Shown one piece after another: positions 52,042-64,000 of a DNA stretch of 64,000 nucleotides (the first letter of the stretch is position 1; each line of letters opens with the position of its first letter). The position numbers were made by a program, and so were the translations under genes. The notes under the pieces were generated by a model. It was not told the origin of the DNA. It searched no databases and saw only the letters and a program-made list of their open reading frames with translations. Origin of the DNA: Octopus sinensis (Eukaryota); NCBI RefSeq assembly GCF_006345805.1, contig NC_043005.1, forward strand, positions 39,866,001 to 39,930,000. Direction: 5' to 3'.

Positions 52042-52469
52042 TGTGTGGTGTGTGTGTGTGTGTGTACTTATGAGTGCGTGTTTTTGTGCCTGTATTTGTT
52101 CCCCCGCAATCGCTTGACAACTGATGCTGGTTCAAAGGAGTTCCAGCCGTTACTATCACATTATTCATTTTTTCAGACCCTAAGTATATAGGCTTACATC
52201 ATACCGATATGTTGTATCATAACATTTATTAAAACATTATGGCATGATTTAAAGGATCTTTTGCTTCTACTTCTAACAGATCGATCGAGAGACCAAGAAG
52301 CTCCGATATGTGCCATCCATAGAAATACTGGTGATAGCCGTGGTGCAAGAGGAATACTTTGGAAAAGCTACAATTTAGTTTCTTTTTCCAGTTAAAGTTA
52401 TTTCACCAATATGCTTCGGAGAGTCAAACACTTCACACTTCCTATTTCTCTTTGTAATATTGGATATTT

Positions 52470-52680
52470 CTAAGGTGGCGAGCTGGCAGAATCATTACCG
52501 CACCGAACAAAATGCTTGGTGGAACTTCGTCTGTCTTTACGCTCTGAGTTTAAATACTGCTGGGGTCGACTTTGCCTTTCATCCTTTCGGGATCGATAAA
52601 ATAAGTACTAGTTGAACATTGGGGTCGATGTAATTGCTGGACTTGCACCAAAATTTGGATATTTCTGTCGAATCAATAAT
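52470..52680 (+). mobile_element. SINE family B copy
   Basis: aaggtggcgagctggcagaatc...ggtcgactttgcctttcatcctttcggg..gataaaataagtac. Confidence 0.82.
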
Positions 52681-52928
52681 AACAGACCTATATACAAAAC
52701 TTTTTTGAGTTGTTTCAGAAGATTTATATTGTATCAACGAAGATGCATGCATGTCTGAAGTCAAAAGACTTAGCTCTCCGTTCCTTTCTTCAACATTGGT
52801 CCAAACAAAAAATTAATGAGTTCCTTGTTTAAAACGCGATCAAGCAGTTTCTGCTTCGCATAGCCGTAACATACACCTCACATATCTGACAAAGTATGCC
52901 TAGTAGCCCACACACATTCTACATACTA

Positions 52929-53183
52929 CGAGGGGCGTTCAATAAGTAATGCCCCTGACCCACTTCCCATAGCAGTAGAGCAACGACACTTGGCACAGTT
53001 ATTAGTCTTTTCCTACATAGGAACTACCCAGAGTTATGCACCTGTAAATCAGAAACCACAATTAGTTCAGAGCTGTAATTCGCCACTTAATATATAGAGG
53101 TATAAATAAGTGTACATGCAAAATTTCAGCTAGATCAAACAACTGCAAGTGGGTCAGGGGCATTACTTATTGAACGCCCCTCG
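52929..53183 (-). mobile_element. 255-bp internally deleted derivative (MITE) of the 1291-bp mariner family
   Basis: Both TIRs intact with TA duplication; the two end segments are joined at ccagagttatgca|cctgtaaatcag. Confidence 0.95.
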
Positions 53184-53412
53184 TATAGACAGGGTATTTA
53201 GCACTCGTTAATCTGTTTTTACCAAGAATTTGCAAGATGGTAGGGTCAGTGTTTACCCTACCCTTCTGCTGAAGGAACGCGTTAATTCAGTTAGATTTGT
53301 GAGTTTTATGGGAGAGGTTTGTGAAATTTGTGAGGAGACAGGTGCAAACTGAGTATAAAATGAAGATGAAATAGAGTGAAGATGTTACAGAGTTATTTTT
53401 GTGTGTATTCAT

Positions 53413-53562
53413 ATTTAATAATCAATTATTAAAAGTATTTTTATTTACAATTTCTAGAGTAATAGATATAAATGGGTGATTTGTTCCACAAATCTCAGAA
53501 CATTGTCCATAATATAATCCAGGACGATTAGAATCTAGGTTTAATTGATTAAGTCGTCCTGT
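53413..53562 (-). pseudogene. COX2: NUMT: mitochondrial cytochrome c oxidase subunit 2, 3' fragment
   Basis: In invertebrate mitochondrial code: [49 protein letters not shown] (CuA motif [10 protein letters not shown]; TGA read as Trp). Confidence 0.93.
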
Positions 53563-53570
53563 ATTATATT

Positions 53571-53901
53571 GATGCCAGTTTCATTTTTTTTTATTTTTTG
53601 GTTATTATATTTATATATTTCATTTTGAATAATTGTTGTTATATTATCTCATGGCAAATTTTTAATGTTATAAGGTTGTTTGTTAAATTAGATATTTTAT
53701 TTGATTGGGTAGGTTGTAGTTTTAGAAGATTAATTTGTTTGATTTCTAGATCGGCGTGTATTTTTAGGCTTTGATTTATGAAGGGAGATGTTAATATTAA
53801 GCGATTTATAATAGTATTGATATTATTTGTTTTGTCTATAATTTATTTTGATTTTTATTCCTGGGTTTCTTAGTTTAATTTTAGAGTGAGATGAATTAGG
53901 A
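53571..53901 (+). pseudogene. ND5: NUMT: mitochondrial NADH dehydrogenase subunit 5, 5' fragment
   Basis: FMYFILNNCCYIISWQIFNVMSLFVKLDILFDWVGCSFSSLICLISS...FMKGDVNIKRFMMVLMLFVLSM, one frameshift, then LIFIPGFLSLILEWDELG (ND5 LLLGWDGLG motif). Confidence 0.88.
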
Positions 53902-54180
53902 TACGAGAGAATTAAAGTTGGTAGTATCAGCAAAGGAAGACGCAAGGATAGCAAGTGATAGCAAAAAAATTCATGTAAATGAACACTGGAAGTTAGCATT
54001 CAGTCATGGGTTTTTTTTTATATGGTCCACGATATAAATCTTAGGAATGTAGGGGCTCTGGATAAAAAATAGTACCTCTGGTGCTTCGTACGCCGCTCAC
54101 CTACCTGGTAGGAGTGTAAACATCGCTGGCTCTTACTCATCCTCTAAATCTGATTCCAAGTACCCCACTCCGGTACAATG

Positions 54181-54459
54181 TGGAGGCACATAGCCTAGTG
54201 GTTAGAGCAGCGGACTCGCGGTCGAGGGATCACGGGTTCGAATCTCAGACCGGGCGATGTGTGTGTTTATGAGCGAAACACGGCAGAAGGTAATGGCGAA
54301 CCTCTGCTGACTCTTTCGCCACAACTTTCTCTCACTCTTTTCTCCAGCATCTTGTAGCTCACCTGCGACGGACCGGCGTCCCATCCAGGTGGGGAACCTA
54401 TACGCCAAGGAAACTGGGAAACCGGCCCTATGAGCCAGACGTGGCTCGAGAAGGAACAA
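54181..54459 (+). mobile_element. tRNA-derived SINE sharing the family D head and core but with a different 3' tail; 14-bp target-site duplication
   Basis: ACTCCGGTACAATG at 54167-54180 and 54460-54473; head ggaggcacatagcctagtggttagagcagcggactcgcgg...gggttcgaatctc. Confidence 0.92.
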
Positions 54460-55086
54460 ACTCCGGTACAATGCCTTAGTAGGTTGGTTAAACCTCATGA
54501 GTGGGGTGATACTGAACCACTAGACAGGTGAAGGAGCCGCAGCAACGGCCAACAGCAAGAGTGGAGAACTGTCAAGATGACCAGCTGCCTGGTACCCATG
54601 ACTGAAGACGACCTTCGTAGACCTCCGCCAGTAGTCAACAGGGACAGCTCCACTTACAGGCCTTAACGCAACTTCTGTCGCCCTTTTATGCAACAGGTAA
54701 AACAAACAATTAACATTCTTATAAATAAGACATAAAACGTGAGCTGATATTTATCTGTTTCAGAGATCGAATTATGATAAAACTATCTTAGTATTTCATT
54801 GATTAGAATGTAAATAATATGGCTCGTCTCCATATTTCAACTTACCGGCGAAAATATTCCGTTAAAAATATCCCAATCAAATAAATCTCGTTAGAGACCC
54901 GAAACAGAATATTTCTTTGCTTAGCTAAATCTTTATTACGTATAACAACTTTTTAATAAGGAATTCTTAACTCTAGTTAGATATTCAGGTTTAAACATTG
55001 GCACCATTTTGAAAAGTCTCGTCAGGAACTTTGAACAACGGTAATCAAATTTTGTTACTTATTTCGTGGGTGGGTGGATTTCTTTT

Positions 55087-55140
<54 letters not shown>

Positions 55141-55843
55141 CGTACGTGTGTATGTGTCTGACTTGTGTATGAGTGTAATTAAGACGTTGGAAGCTACTAG
55201 CCTTTCCCATTATTTCAGTACTGCTATTAGTTTATACACACACATACACACGCACACATACATACATACATTACATACATACATACATACATACATTACA
55301 TACATACATACATGCCTACATACATACGTATATACGTTGTAGGTGCACTATGGCTGAATAATTAAAATGTATGTGTGCTTATGTATATGTGTGCATATGT
55401 ATATGTGTGAATACGTATGCACAAGCACATACAAATACACACACACACTCATGCATACGCACTCATAAATACAAGACTACATACATATAAACAAGCACAC
55501 ATGCATACAAATATACATACATACGTACTAGCATTGTAGTTGAACTCGCAGCGAAGAGAGGTTAAATAAATATAAGGTGTTTTATCCGTTGTTATAATGC
55601 TTGTCGATTCACCACCGTGATATGAGTGTGTGTGTATGCGTGCGCGCGTGTGTGTGTATGCGTGCGCGCGCGTGTGTGTATGCATGCGCGTTGTGTGTGT
55701 ATGCGTGCATGTGCATGTGTGTGTGTGTGTGTGTGTGCGTACGAGCGGATGTGTCTGTGTGTGTATGCATGTATGTAGTTTTGTATGTATGTACTGATGT
55801 TCCGATGCATATATGTGTGTGCTTGTATACATATATGTATGTG

Positions 55844-55877
<34 letters not shown>

Positions 55878-55910
55878 AGTGTATAATAGTATGTAATATA
55901 TGTGTAAATG

Positions 55911-55950
<40 letters not shown>

Positions 55951-55951
<1 letters not shown>

Positions 55952-56355
55952 TCTTTTACTCTTTACTCTTTTACTTGTTTCAGTCATTTGACTGCGGCCA
56001 TGCTGGAGCACCGCCTTTTAATAGAGCAACTCGACCCCAGGACTTATTCTTTTTGTAAGCCCAGTACTTATTCTATCGGTCTCTTTTGCCGAACCGTTAA
56101 GTAACGGGGACATAAACACACCAGCACCGGTTGTCAAGCAATGTTAGGGGACAAAAACAGAGACATAAACACACACATGCATACATATATATACATATAT
56201 ACGACGAGCTTCTTTCAGTTTCCGTCTACCAAATCCACTCACAAGGCTTTGGTCGGCCCAAGGCTATAGTAAGACACTTGCCCAAGGTGCCACACAGTGG
56301 GACTGAACCCGGAACCATGTGGTTGGTAAACAAGCTACTTACCACACAGCCACTC
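55951..56355 (-). mobile_element. Full-length SINE family A
   Basis: Head gtggctgtgtggtaagtagcttg...ccgggttcagtccc, internal microsatellite, tail ending in (AAAGAGT)n-like repeats. Confidence 0.9.
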
Positions 56356-56634
56356 CATGTATATAAATACATAATATATAAATTCATATATATATATATA
56401 TGTATATATATATACGCATGTGCGTGTGTGTGTGTATTGCAAGATATGTATGTGCATGTATATGTACATTCATAGATACATAAATACACGTATATACAGG
56501 AGATTAACATAGATATTGCGAGAAAATTTTTTTTCTCGATATCTGCATAATACTTCTAAATCTTATTAATTTATTCACCTGGTTTCTCGTACAAAATTAT
56601 ATACATATATCTAATATACGTTACGTAGGTACGT

Positions 56635-56679
<45 letters not shown>

Positions 56680-57346
56680 GGAGTGGATAACACTATTGTT
56701 GCTTCTGCTGGCTTTCTGTAATGCAATCTTGTGCTGACTCTCATTTACACCAGCAGAATTTATGCGATTTTCTCTTGCACTTGGTTCGTGTATGAATCGT
56801 TTATCCAATTCAGCCCCGACCTTTTTTTTTCATATCTTTCTTTTTAGCAGGCTCCATTTCGTGTATATACTTCATTTATCGCACTTTCTATGGCAGTATC
56901 TCGATCATATTTACAACTATTTATCCTATCTCCCATTCAATAGAAAATACGAATAAACAAGCTGTCAATCGCTGGAAAGCGAAGTTAGAAAGAGAGAGTA
57001 TTTAAATTTGATAAGTCCGCCATGTTTACAATGAAGCTCCGAAAGAAGAGTTCCATTAATAATATTAGGTTGCTTGGCGGCCAACAGAAAGTTAATTTAG
57101 ACAAGATCAAGCGTTGCATATCGATATTAAATAAAGACTAGATGTAAAACTCCCTTTGAGAATAAGAAAACCTCTTCTATCTAAATTAAGCAGACATTCT
57201 GACAGAGATGAAATTACCGAGGAAATTGTTTCTTAGAAATTTCTAGAGTTTAACGAAAATAAAAAAAAAGAGAAAGAGAGATGACAAAATCGTAAGAGAA
57301 AAATTGGAAGGAAGAAAAATTGCATGTAAGCATATAATATTCGTTG

Positions 57347-57382
<36 letters not shown>

Positions 57383-57681
57383 GATATTTTTGCTGTTATC
57401 GTTCTTATATGTCTTTAAACATTCTAGAAAAAGTATCTGGCACAGATAAATATTTGAAAAGGGAAACACTAGAGAATAGCCTTTATTTAAAAACAAAACG
57501 TCGTTAACATCAATTAACGTGGAAGTTGGAGCATAGAAGCAAAGGCTTTTGAAAAGCATGCATGAAAAAGAAATGCATTTTTTCAGTAATATCTACAAAT
57601 CTAAGGTTTCCGTCAGTCACGTTTGACTATTTATCTGAACTTTACATGCGCAGGCTCGGACAAGGTTGACTGTTTTGTGTG

Positions 57682-57717
<36 letters not shown>

Positions 57718-58379
57718 GATGTGTGGATGTCTGTGTGAGCGTGTGAGTGTGTGAGTGTGTGTGTGTGTAGGTATGTGTATGTGGGCAAGTGTATGTGTAT
57801 ATGTGTCTGTATCTGTGCGTAGATGGGTGTGCGAGTGTGAGTGTGTGTGCGTGTAGGTATGTGTATGTGGGCAAGTGTATGTGTATATGTGTCTGTGTCT
57901 GTGCGTAGATGGGTGTGCGAGTGTGAGTGTGTGTGCATGTGCGTAGGTGTGTGTATGTGTGCGCGCGCTCGTTTCTGCTTATCTGGGAAACAATTGGTAA
58001 TATCCTTGCATACAAGTTTGCCTCTTTTCCAAGTTTCCTCTGCACGTCACCGATGTTTAGCCAAGGGAAAGGTCGCCGACTTGGGCCGATAGTTTGGCGC
58101 TAGTGTTGTCGTAAGTGTTGCTGTTACAACACAGAATCTGGATCAAATACCACAAGGTATCATTTTCAGTTCTCTAACACTTCGATCAATCCACTTCCTT
58201 GGATTCGTGCATTTTTATCGACCCCAAAATTATGAATTGGAAGGTTGACCGGCTTTGTGGGGCTTTGTCGGCCTTTTCAGTGCACGTCCAGGAACCCAAC
58301 AACATGATCAACCGAGAATTCGTCGCCTCTGATACAGGAGAACATGAATAAAACATTCATTGTTGTTGCAAATAGCCCA

Positions 58380-58380
58380 G

Positions 58381-58418
<38 letters not shown>

Positions 58419-58460
58419 ATAAATAAAACATATGCATACATACATACATACATACATACA

Positions 58461-58493
<33 letters not shown>

Positions 58494-58765
58494 GTACATA
58501 CCTACATCTATATGTATATATACATGCATATATGAGTACAGGACACCACAAATAAACGTAGAATGCAACGAGAAACGAAAACATAAAACCAGACAAGGAA
58601 ACGGACTTTTTTTAACAACGAAAAACCAGAGTACAAGACAACCAGCACAAGGAACATTCCCCTTCTTCAGCTGCCCCTGTTTCGACTCAATGCGTGTTTC
58701 GAAGCTATATGTATACATATATATAGCTGCCGGCTATACAATATATATAGGTTTATATCTTTCTT

Positions 58766-58840
<75 letters not shown>

Positions 58841-59039
58841 ATCTATTTGTCTATCTATCTGTCTGTATGCCTGTCTGCCTCTCTCTCACTCTCCTTGTAT
58901 GTATGTATGTATGTATGTATGTATGCCAATGTATATATGTATCTATCTATCTATATATATGTGTGTATGTATGTGAATGTCTGTGTGTTTGTGTACGTGT
59001 ATATTAACATATTTACAAAGATAGAGATAGATAGATAGG

Positions 59040-59125
<86 letters not shown>

Positions 59126-59135
59126 GATAGAGATA
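58380..59135. repeat. (TA)n/(TACA)n/(TATC)n/(GATA)n microsatellite cluster
   Basis: Directly visible. Confidence 0.9.
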
Positions 59136-59609
59136 TATAATATATGCTTCCCATGTTTGGTACAACACTACCGATCAAATCCGGTGCTGTGTTGTCAAAA
59201 AGGTAACTTAGCCACTTAACGAATGTAAGATCGTTAAAATAACTACCAAGTTGATATATACTGGAGCCAATATGTTGGATTAAAAGCCCTCCAAAATGGT
59301 GCACCAGCAGGGGCGCACTCATTGATTGAAACCAGTAAGAGGCAAAAGAATAAAAGAACACAAGAATGTATCTTCTAAACTTTGGAAACTAGAATCTGTT
59401 CATAAAGAAAAGACAGCATTAATAGAATGAATAACGAACAAATCTAATAAATTGATCAGGGATGAAACAGGAGAATAAAATGTTTATACAAAACGCCTTC
59501 AAGTCCAAATAAATTAAACAGATGGTAAAAGTAAAGAGAAGATGGATATCCTGGATTATGATAAGTTCTGTGTAATGATCTTTCGGAGATCTTTCGAAAT
59601 TAGTACATA

Positions 59610-59890
59610 TAATATTGCTATCTTCAGTTCATTTTTTGTGCCTATCTTCATTTGTGGTCATGAATGTTGAATAATGACTGAAAGAGTACGATCGTGAATA
59701 CAAGCCGCCGAAATAGTACTTCCTCCAAAAAGATCTCCGGCAAACTTACTCGACAGTGTACGTAGTGTAAGAGATCGGGGAATTTATTCAGGTTGAGCCG
59801 CTACTTCTCTGCATTGAGAATCTACAGCTCCAGTACTGCGGATATGTGATTAGAATATCGCAGGAAAGAATTGCAAGACGTATACCTTCA
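59610..59890 (+). mobile_element. RTE-clade LINE C-terminal fragment, decayed
   Basis: IFSSFFVPIFICGHEC*IMTERVRS*IQAAE...VEPLLLCIE..QLQYCGYVIRISQERIARRI. Confidence 0.72.
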
Positions 59891-60871
59891 GTCTGAGAGC
59901 TAAACTGCCATATATTTTGATCCTGTAGATGTGGGCTTCCTCCATTCTACTTTCATATGGCAACAATGAGTTCAGTCACTTGTTTTGATGAAAGTTTATA
60001 GCGGATAAGAAATAGGGGATTTTTTCCTATCAGTTAACATGGAATAAAAAATAGTGTGTCTGATTCACTGAGAGCATATCTCTAATTTGATAGCGCAAAC
60101 TACCTTCTTTCTTTTGTAGTTTCTTTCCAATAAGAGTGAATAGAAAATAACTAAAAATAAAACTAAACGGACGTTGCTTATTTCTCATATAACAACGAAA
60201 TGACATTACGAAAACATTGTTGTTAAAACAGAGACGCGGTAACTATTGGAACTGTGTGGTTTAGTTTTCTTCTAGTAAACCCCTTCTTAATGTCACAACT
60301 GTCTTCCATTAAATAACATGACTACAGAGATGCAGATTCTTGATCTTGTTCTCTTTTGTTTTTCTTTTCTTTTTTTTCTATTTACCATGTCAGATTTATG
60401 ACGTACAATTCTATAACATTAATAGGCTTGCCATTCTGGGTAGAATTAACGATTATCTTGGAAGTAGCTGAAGCTGTTGCAGGCGATATCCTAACGTGGC
60501 CAGACAGCTGCCACTAACAGCAAATAATGCAGTTCTTGGTTGAGATAGTTATACATGCAACAACAAAAGCTCTATCTTTCAACACAAATGAGATTGCCAA
60601 CTAGACAGACATCACAGGATACTTAACTGAAGTATATATCTGACTGAAAACGAGAGCGATACGTGCCTTAAGATGATCTGCAATACAGCATTTATTACTC
60701 AAAACACACAAAGGGAATAATATCCGCCAAACCGAAACCACCAACTCTGAGATACTATCCTAATCCTCAGCCCCACAACAAACCCTTTGATAAATACACG
60801 GAACGTTCAGAATAGGATCTCTAAGGAATATATATAAAACTAAAGGACAGTCCCATTCTAGCACCCATTAA

Positions 60872-60962
<91 letters not shown>
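60872..60962. repeat. (GATA)n microsatellite
   Basis: Directly visible. Confidence 0.95.
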
Positions 60963-60965
<3 letters not shown>

Positions 60966-61164
60966 TTTGTATATAAAGTATATATTTATTTAATATCATA
61001 TAACAAAGAGCTCAATAATTTATGGTATAAAACAATTGTTAACTCACATAAGTCGAATATTGAAAATATGAACGCTTTTATCTAAAAATAAAGATAAAAG
61101 CGAGATTACTAATCGAACATCTCCGATTTTCAGCATTAGGTAAGGATAACAATATATGGACAAG

Positions 61165-61555
61165 TTAAGGTGGCGAGCTGGCAGAAATGATAGTACGCCG
61201 GGTGAAATGCTAAGCAGTATTTCGTCTGCCGTTACGTTCCGAGTTCAAATTCCGTCGAGGTCGACTTTGCCTTTCATCCTTTCGGGGTCGATTAAATAAG
61301 TATCAGTTACGCACTGGGGTCGATATAATCGATTTAATCCGTTTTTCTGTCCTTGTTTGTCCTCTCTGTGTTTAGCCCCTGGTGGGTAGTAAAGAAATGG
61401 GTATTTCGTCTGTCTTTACGTTCTGAGTTCAAATTCCGCCGAGGTCGACTTCCCCTTTCATCCTTTCGAGGTCGATAAATTAAGTACCATTTGTGTACTG
61501 GGGTCGATCTAATCGGCTGGCCCTCCCTCCCTCCCCCAAAATTTTGGGTCTTGTG
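61165..61555 (+). mobile_element. Dimeric SINE family B element
   Basis: Head, body, tail 1 (…gggtagtaaagaaatgg), then restart at gtatttcgtctg with body and a different tail (ggccctccc..cccaaaatttt). Confidence 0.88.
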
Positions 61556-62529
61556 CTTAGAGTAAAAAGAATATATGGACATAATTCAAGGCAGAAATGA
61601 GAGTAGTGGAATATTTTAGCTTATTAGTTTATATTTCTTTTTCAATTTGTTTCATGTACGGACATCGCTTTCGTTGCTCTCGATGAACTCCGAGTATATT
61701 GGGGGAAAATATTTCTATAAGCCAAACCTATATCGTTCACTTGCATTCAAGTCGTTATTATTTCTTTTCTAGTAAATTATATTAGACTTTGCTTTGTCCA
61801 ATGTTTCCATGTTTTTAAAACGTTAGAGTAAATTTTGAAGAGGTTGCCAACTTAAAACAGGTTGAATTACTGCGTGGAGGTTTCTATGGTGATGACTAAT
61901 GTAACGTTGAATATCTGATAAGCTGTGTAGGTAACCTGGTTTCTTAGCTCAGTTCAAGTGAGTTCACATCACTCACACTGCTAAATTCTTTGAGGGTAGG
62001 GCCAAAGTAAGAATTTCTCGCTGCCATAAAATGTTTAAGTTTCGAGCTTATCCTAAGTGTATGCGTGTGTGAGTATGAGACTGTTTATGCGTCTTTCTGT
62101 GTATGTAAATATGTATGTATATATGCCAACTGTCATGTGATCAAATGAGTCATTGATTTCTTTTCAATCAGTGACATCTACTTCCTCTTCTTGTCATATC
62201 CAAAGAAAATCTGAACTCAGCACAAGACTCGTCAAATTTATAGTGCTTCCACTGCTTCGATCGAAAGTATTTTTTTCTACTCTGCGGAACCTCTTGCCAT
62301 TCTATTGCCCAGTGCCATTTGCGGATTAAGTATTTTTCCTATGGACACAATGTAGAGCTAATGATAGATAGTAACTTTCTTACTCTCAGCTAGTTACACG
62401 GCGCTCTACCGATTCTGTCAACTGTAATTTCACTTACTCAGAGTATATAACGAAATAACTCTAGCGTTCCCTCTTTGAAGCGAGAAAATATGCATGTATT
62501 TTCTTCTAATTACTGTGATTAAGTAATGC

Positions 62530-62745
62530 AGCGCGCTGGCAGACTCGTTAGCATGCTGAGCAGAATGCTTCGCGGCATTTCGTCCGTTTTTACGTTCGAA
62601 TTCCGCCGAGGTTGACTTTGCCTTTGCCTTTTATCCTTTCTGTGTCGATAAAATAAGTATCAGTCGAGCATTGGGGCCAATGTAATCAACTAGCTCCCAT
62701 CATCCCAAATTTCAGACCTTGTACCTATATTAGGAAGGATTCTTA
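62530..62745 (+). mobile_element. SINE family B copy
   Basis: gctggcagactcgttagcatgc...aattccgccgaggttgactttgcc...gataaaataagtatcag. Confidence 0.8.
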
Positions 62746-64000
62746 TGACTATTTTGAATATTAACAAATAGAGCAATTAGGAGTTAAAGAATAATAATTT
62801 ATAACATAAGCTTTAAGTTACATATCTGGGTGGGTGGGGAGATACAGTCGATTAAATCGATGTAAATCTTCATTGGTAATTATAGAAGGGTAAGAAGCAA
62901 AATCGACCCAGATATGATTTGAACCTAGAATGTAAATGTGTTACTAAATACCCGCAAAACATTTGCCCGGTGCTCTATTCATTCTACATTCCATCGGCCA
63001 TTGAGTTAAGGAATATTAAATATTACTGATGAAAGCGTTGTTGCAGAGAGACACACCATTAAATGTTAAGATGTGAAAATCTCCCGAGTTTCTCTCTCCA
63101 TGAATAAGAAACACTAACTTTTAGGTTATGATTCTTTGACATTAACTTTTAGTTTATTATGATTCCAGTGATACTTGCACGTGTTATCTTTCAATGTGGT
63201 ACTCAGGTAATGATAATACAATTTACGACAGGAATATATTTGGGTTCAATGATTGACCACATTCTTTCTATTGGAGTCGCAGTTTCACACTCGTCATTCT
63301 ATTGATTAGATGTCTTAGACTATCACTGAGCAACCAGTGTCCAAGTAGTAAATATGAATCTATAGATGAAAGTCGTAAATATAAAATAAAAGAATTGAAT
63401 TACATAACATATAAAGCTGAAAATATGGTCGCTTTTCATAAATATTGCGTTTATGAACGCTGAGATAGATGTGAGTAGTGGTTTGTGTGAGTAAACTAAT
63501 CAGTTATGGATCTGTGGACAACAGCTGTGAGCACACGATAAAATTTAATTCAACTACCACTCTGACAGTTTTTCAATTATCTAACTCTTTCTTGGCGTTG
63601 ACTAAAATTGAATTATATTTCAGCGGTTGATCTGCAAAATTGTTTGTACAATTACATAAGAAGTTCTTATCTTCCAAAAATGAACGGCTGAACATATCTC
63701 AGATTGTTGATCAGTTATTATCCAGAGATCCGATTTTCTCCTCTTTTGAGCCTTGCCAAGAGACTTTTCTCGGAAATATGTACGAAAATTATTTGGTTTG
63801 TACAGATGAATTTACTGTGGTGTTTATTTTTCTTTCGCTGTCATCAACTGAAAGCGATAATTTGTTTTGGTTTTGATTTTTGTTTCTTCTCTATATTTGT
63901 TTTTGTCTTCAGTAAAAGACGAAATGCGTATCCGCTGGGTGTACATTTTTCCAAGTTGGTAACTGATACCAATCACTCAAATCTAGTGACTCTGATTGAC

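Noticed and set aside
54520-54710. GC-richer segment with acceptor-like and donor-like sites
   Set aside because: All three plus-strand frames contain stops between the sites and the minus ORF has no recognisable similarity.
58640-58740. ctgaagaagggg and two cgaaac motifs on the minus strand
   Set aside because: The motifs are in the wrong order or lack a cleavage triplet; no consistent hammerhead topology could be built.
63624-63691. Acceptor ttatatttcag followed by a short frame VDLQNCLYNYIRSSYLPKMNG*, and overlapping ORF 63640-63876
   Set aside because: No recognisable protein similarity and no supporting upstream exon; such sites are common in AT-rich DNA.

Overview
AT-rich, microsatellite-saturated eukaryotic nuclear DNA, most likely from a coleoid cephalopod (octopus-like). 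This is an inference from the SINE repertoire and from a mitochondrial insertion that reads in the invertebrate mitochondrial code. No host protein-coding gene can be confidently identified; almost all long ORFs in the track are simple-repeat artefacts. The window is a transposon graveyard. It holds five near-full-length Tc1/mariner copies from four families plus an internally deleted MITE, a decayed Helitron (Rep/Pif1), at least five fragments of RLE-type (R4/Dong-like) LINEs mostly sitting in (TAA)n arrays, RTE and CR1-like fragments, and many tRNA-derived SINEs. The main non-annotated signals are: (1) minimal hammerhead ribozyme motifs from four unrelated short repeat families, including one carried by a tRNA-headed SINE-like element and one with a U3-A8 compensatory core, two of the families in head-to-head inverted (Penelope/retrozyme-like) arrangements; (2) a chimeric NUMT joining COX2 and ND5 fragments across a fold-back hairpin junction; (3) several long fold-back palindromes; (4) a shared frameshift in two mariner copies. 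All calls were made by eye and coordinates of decayed repeats are approximate.
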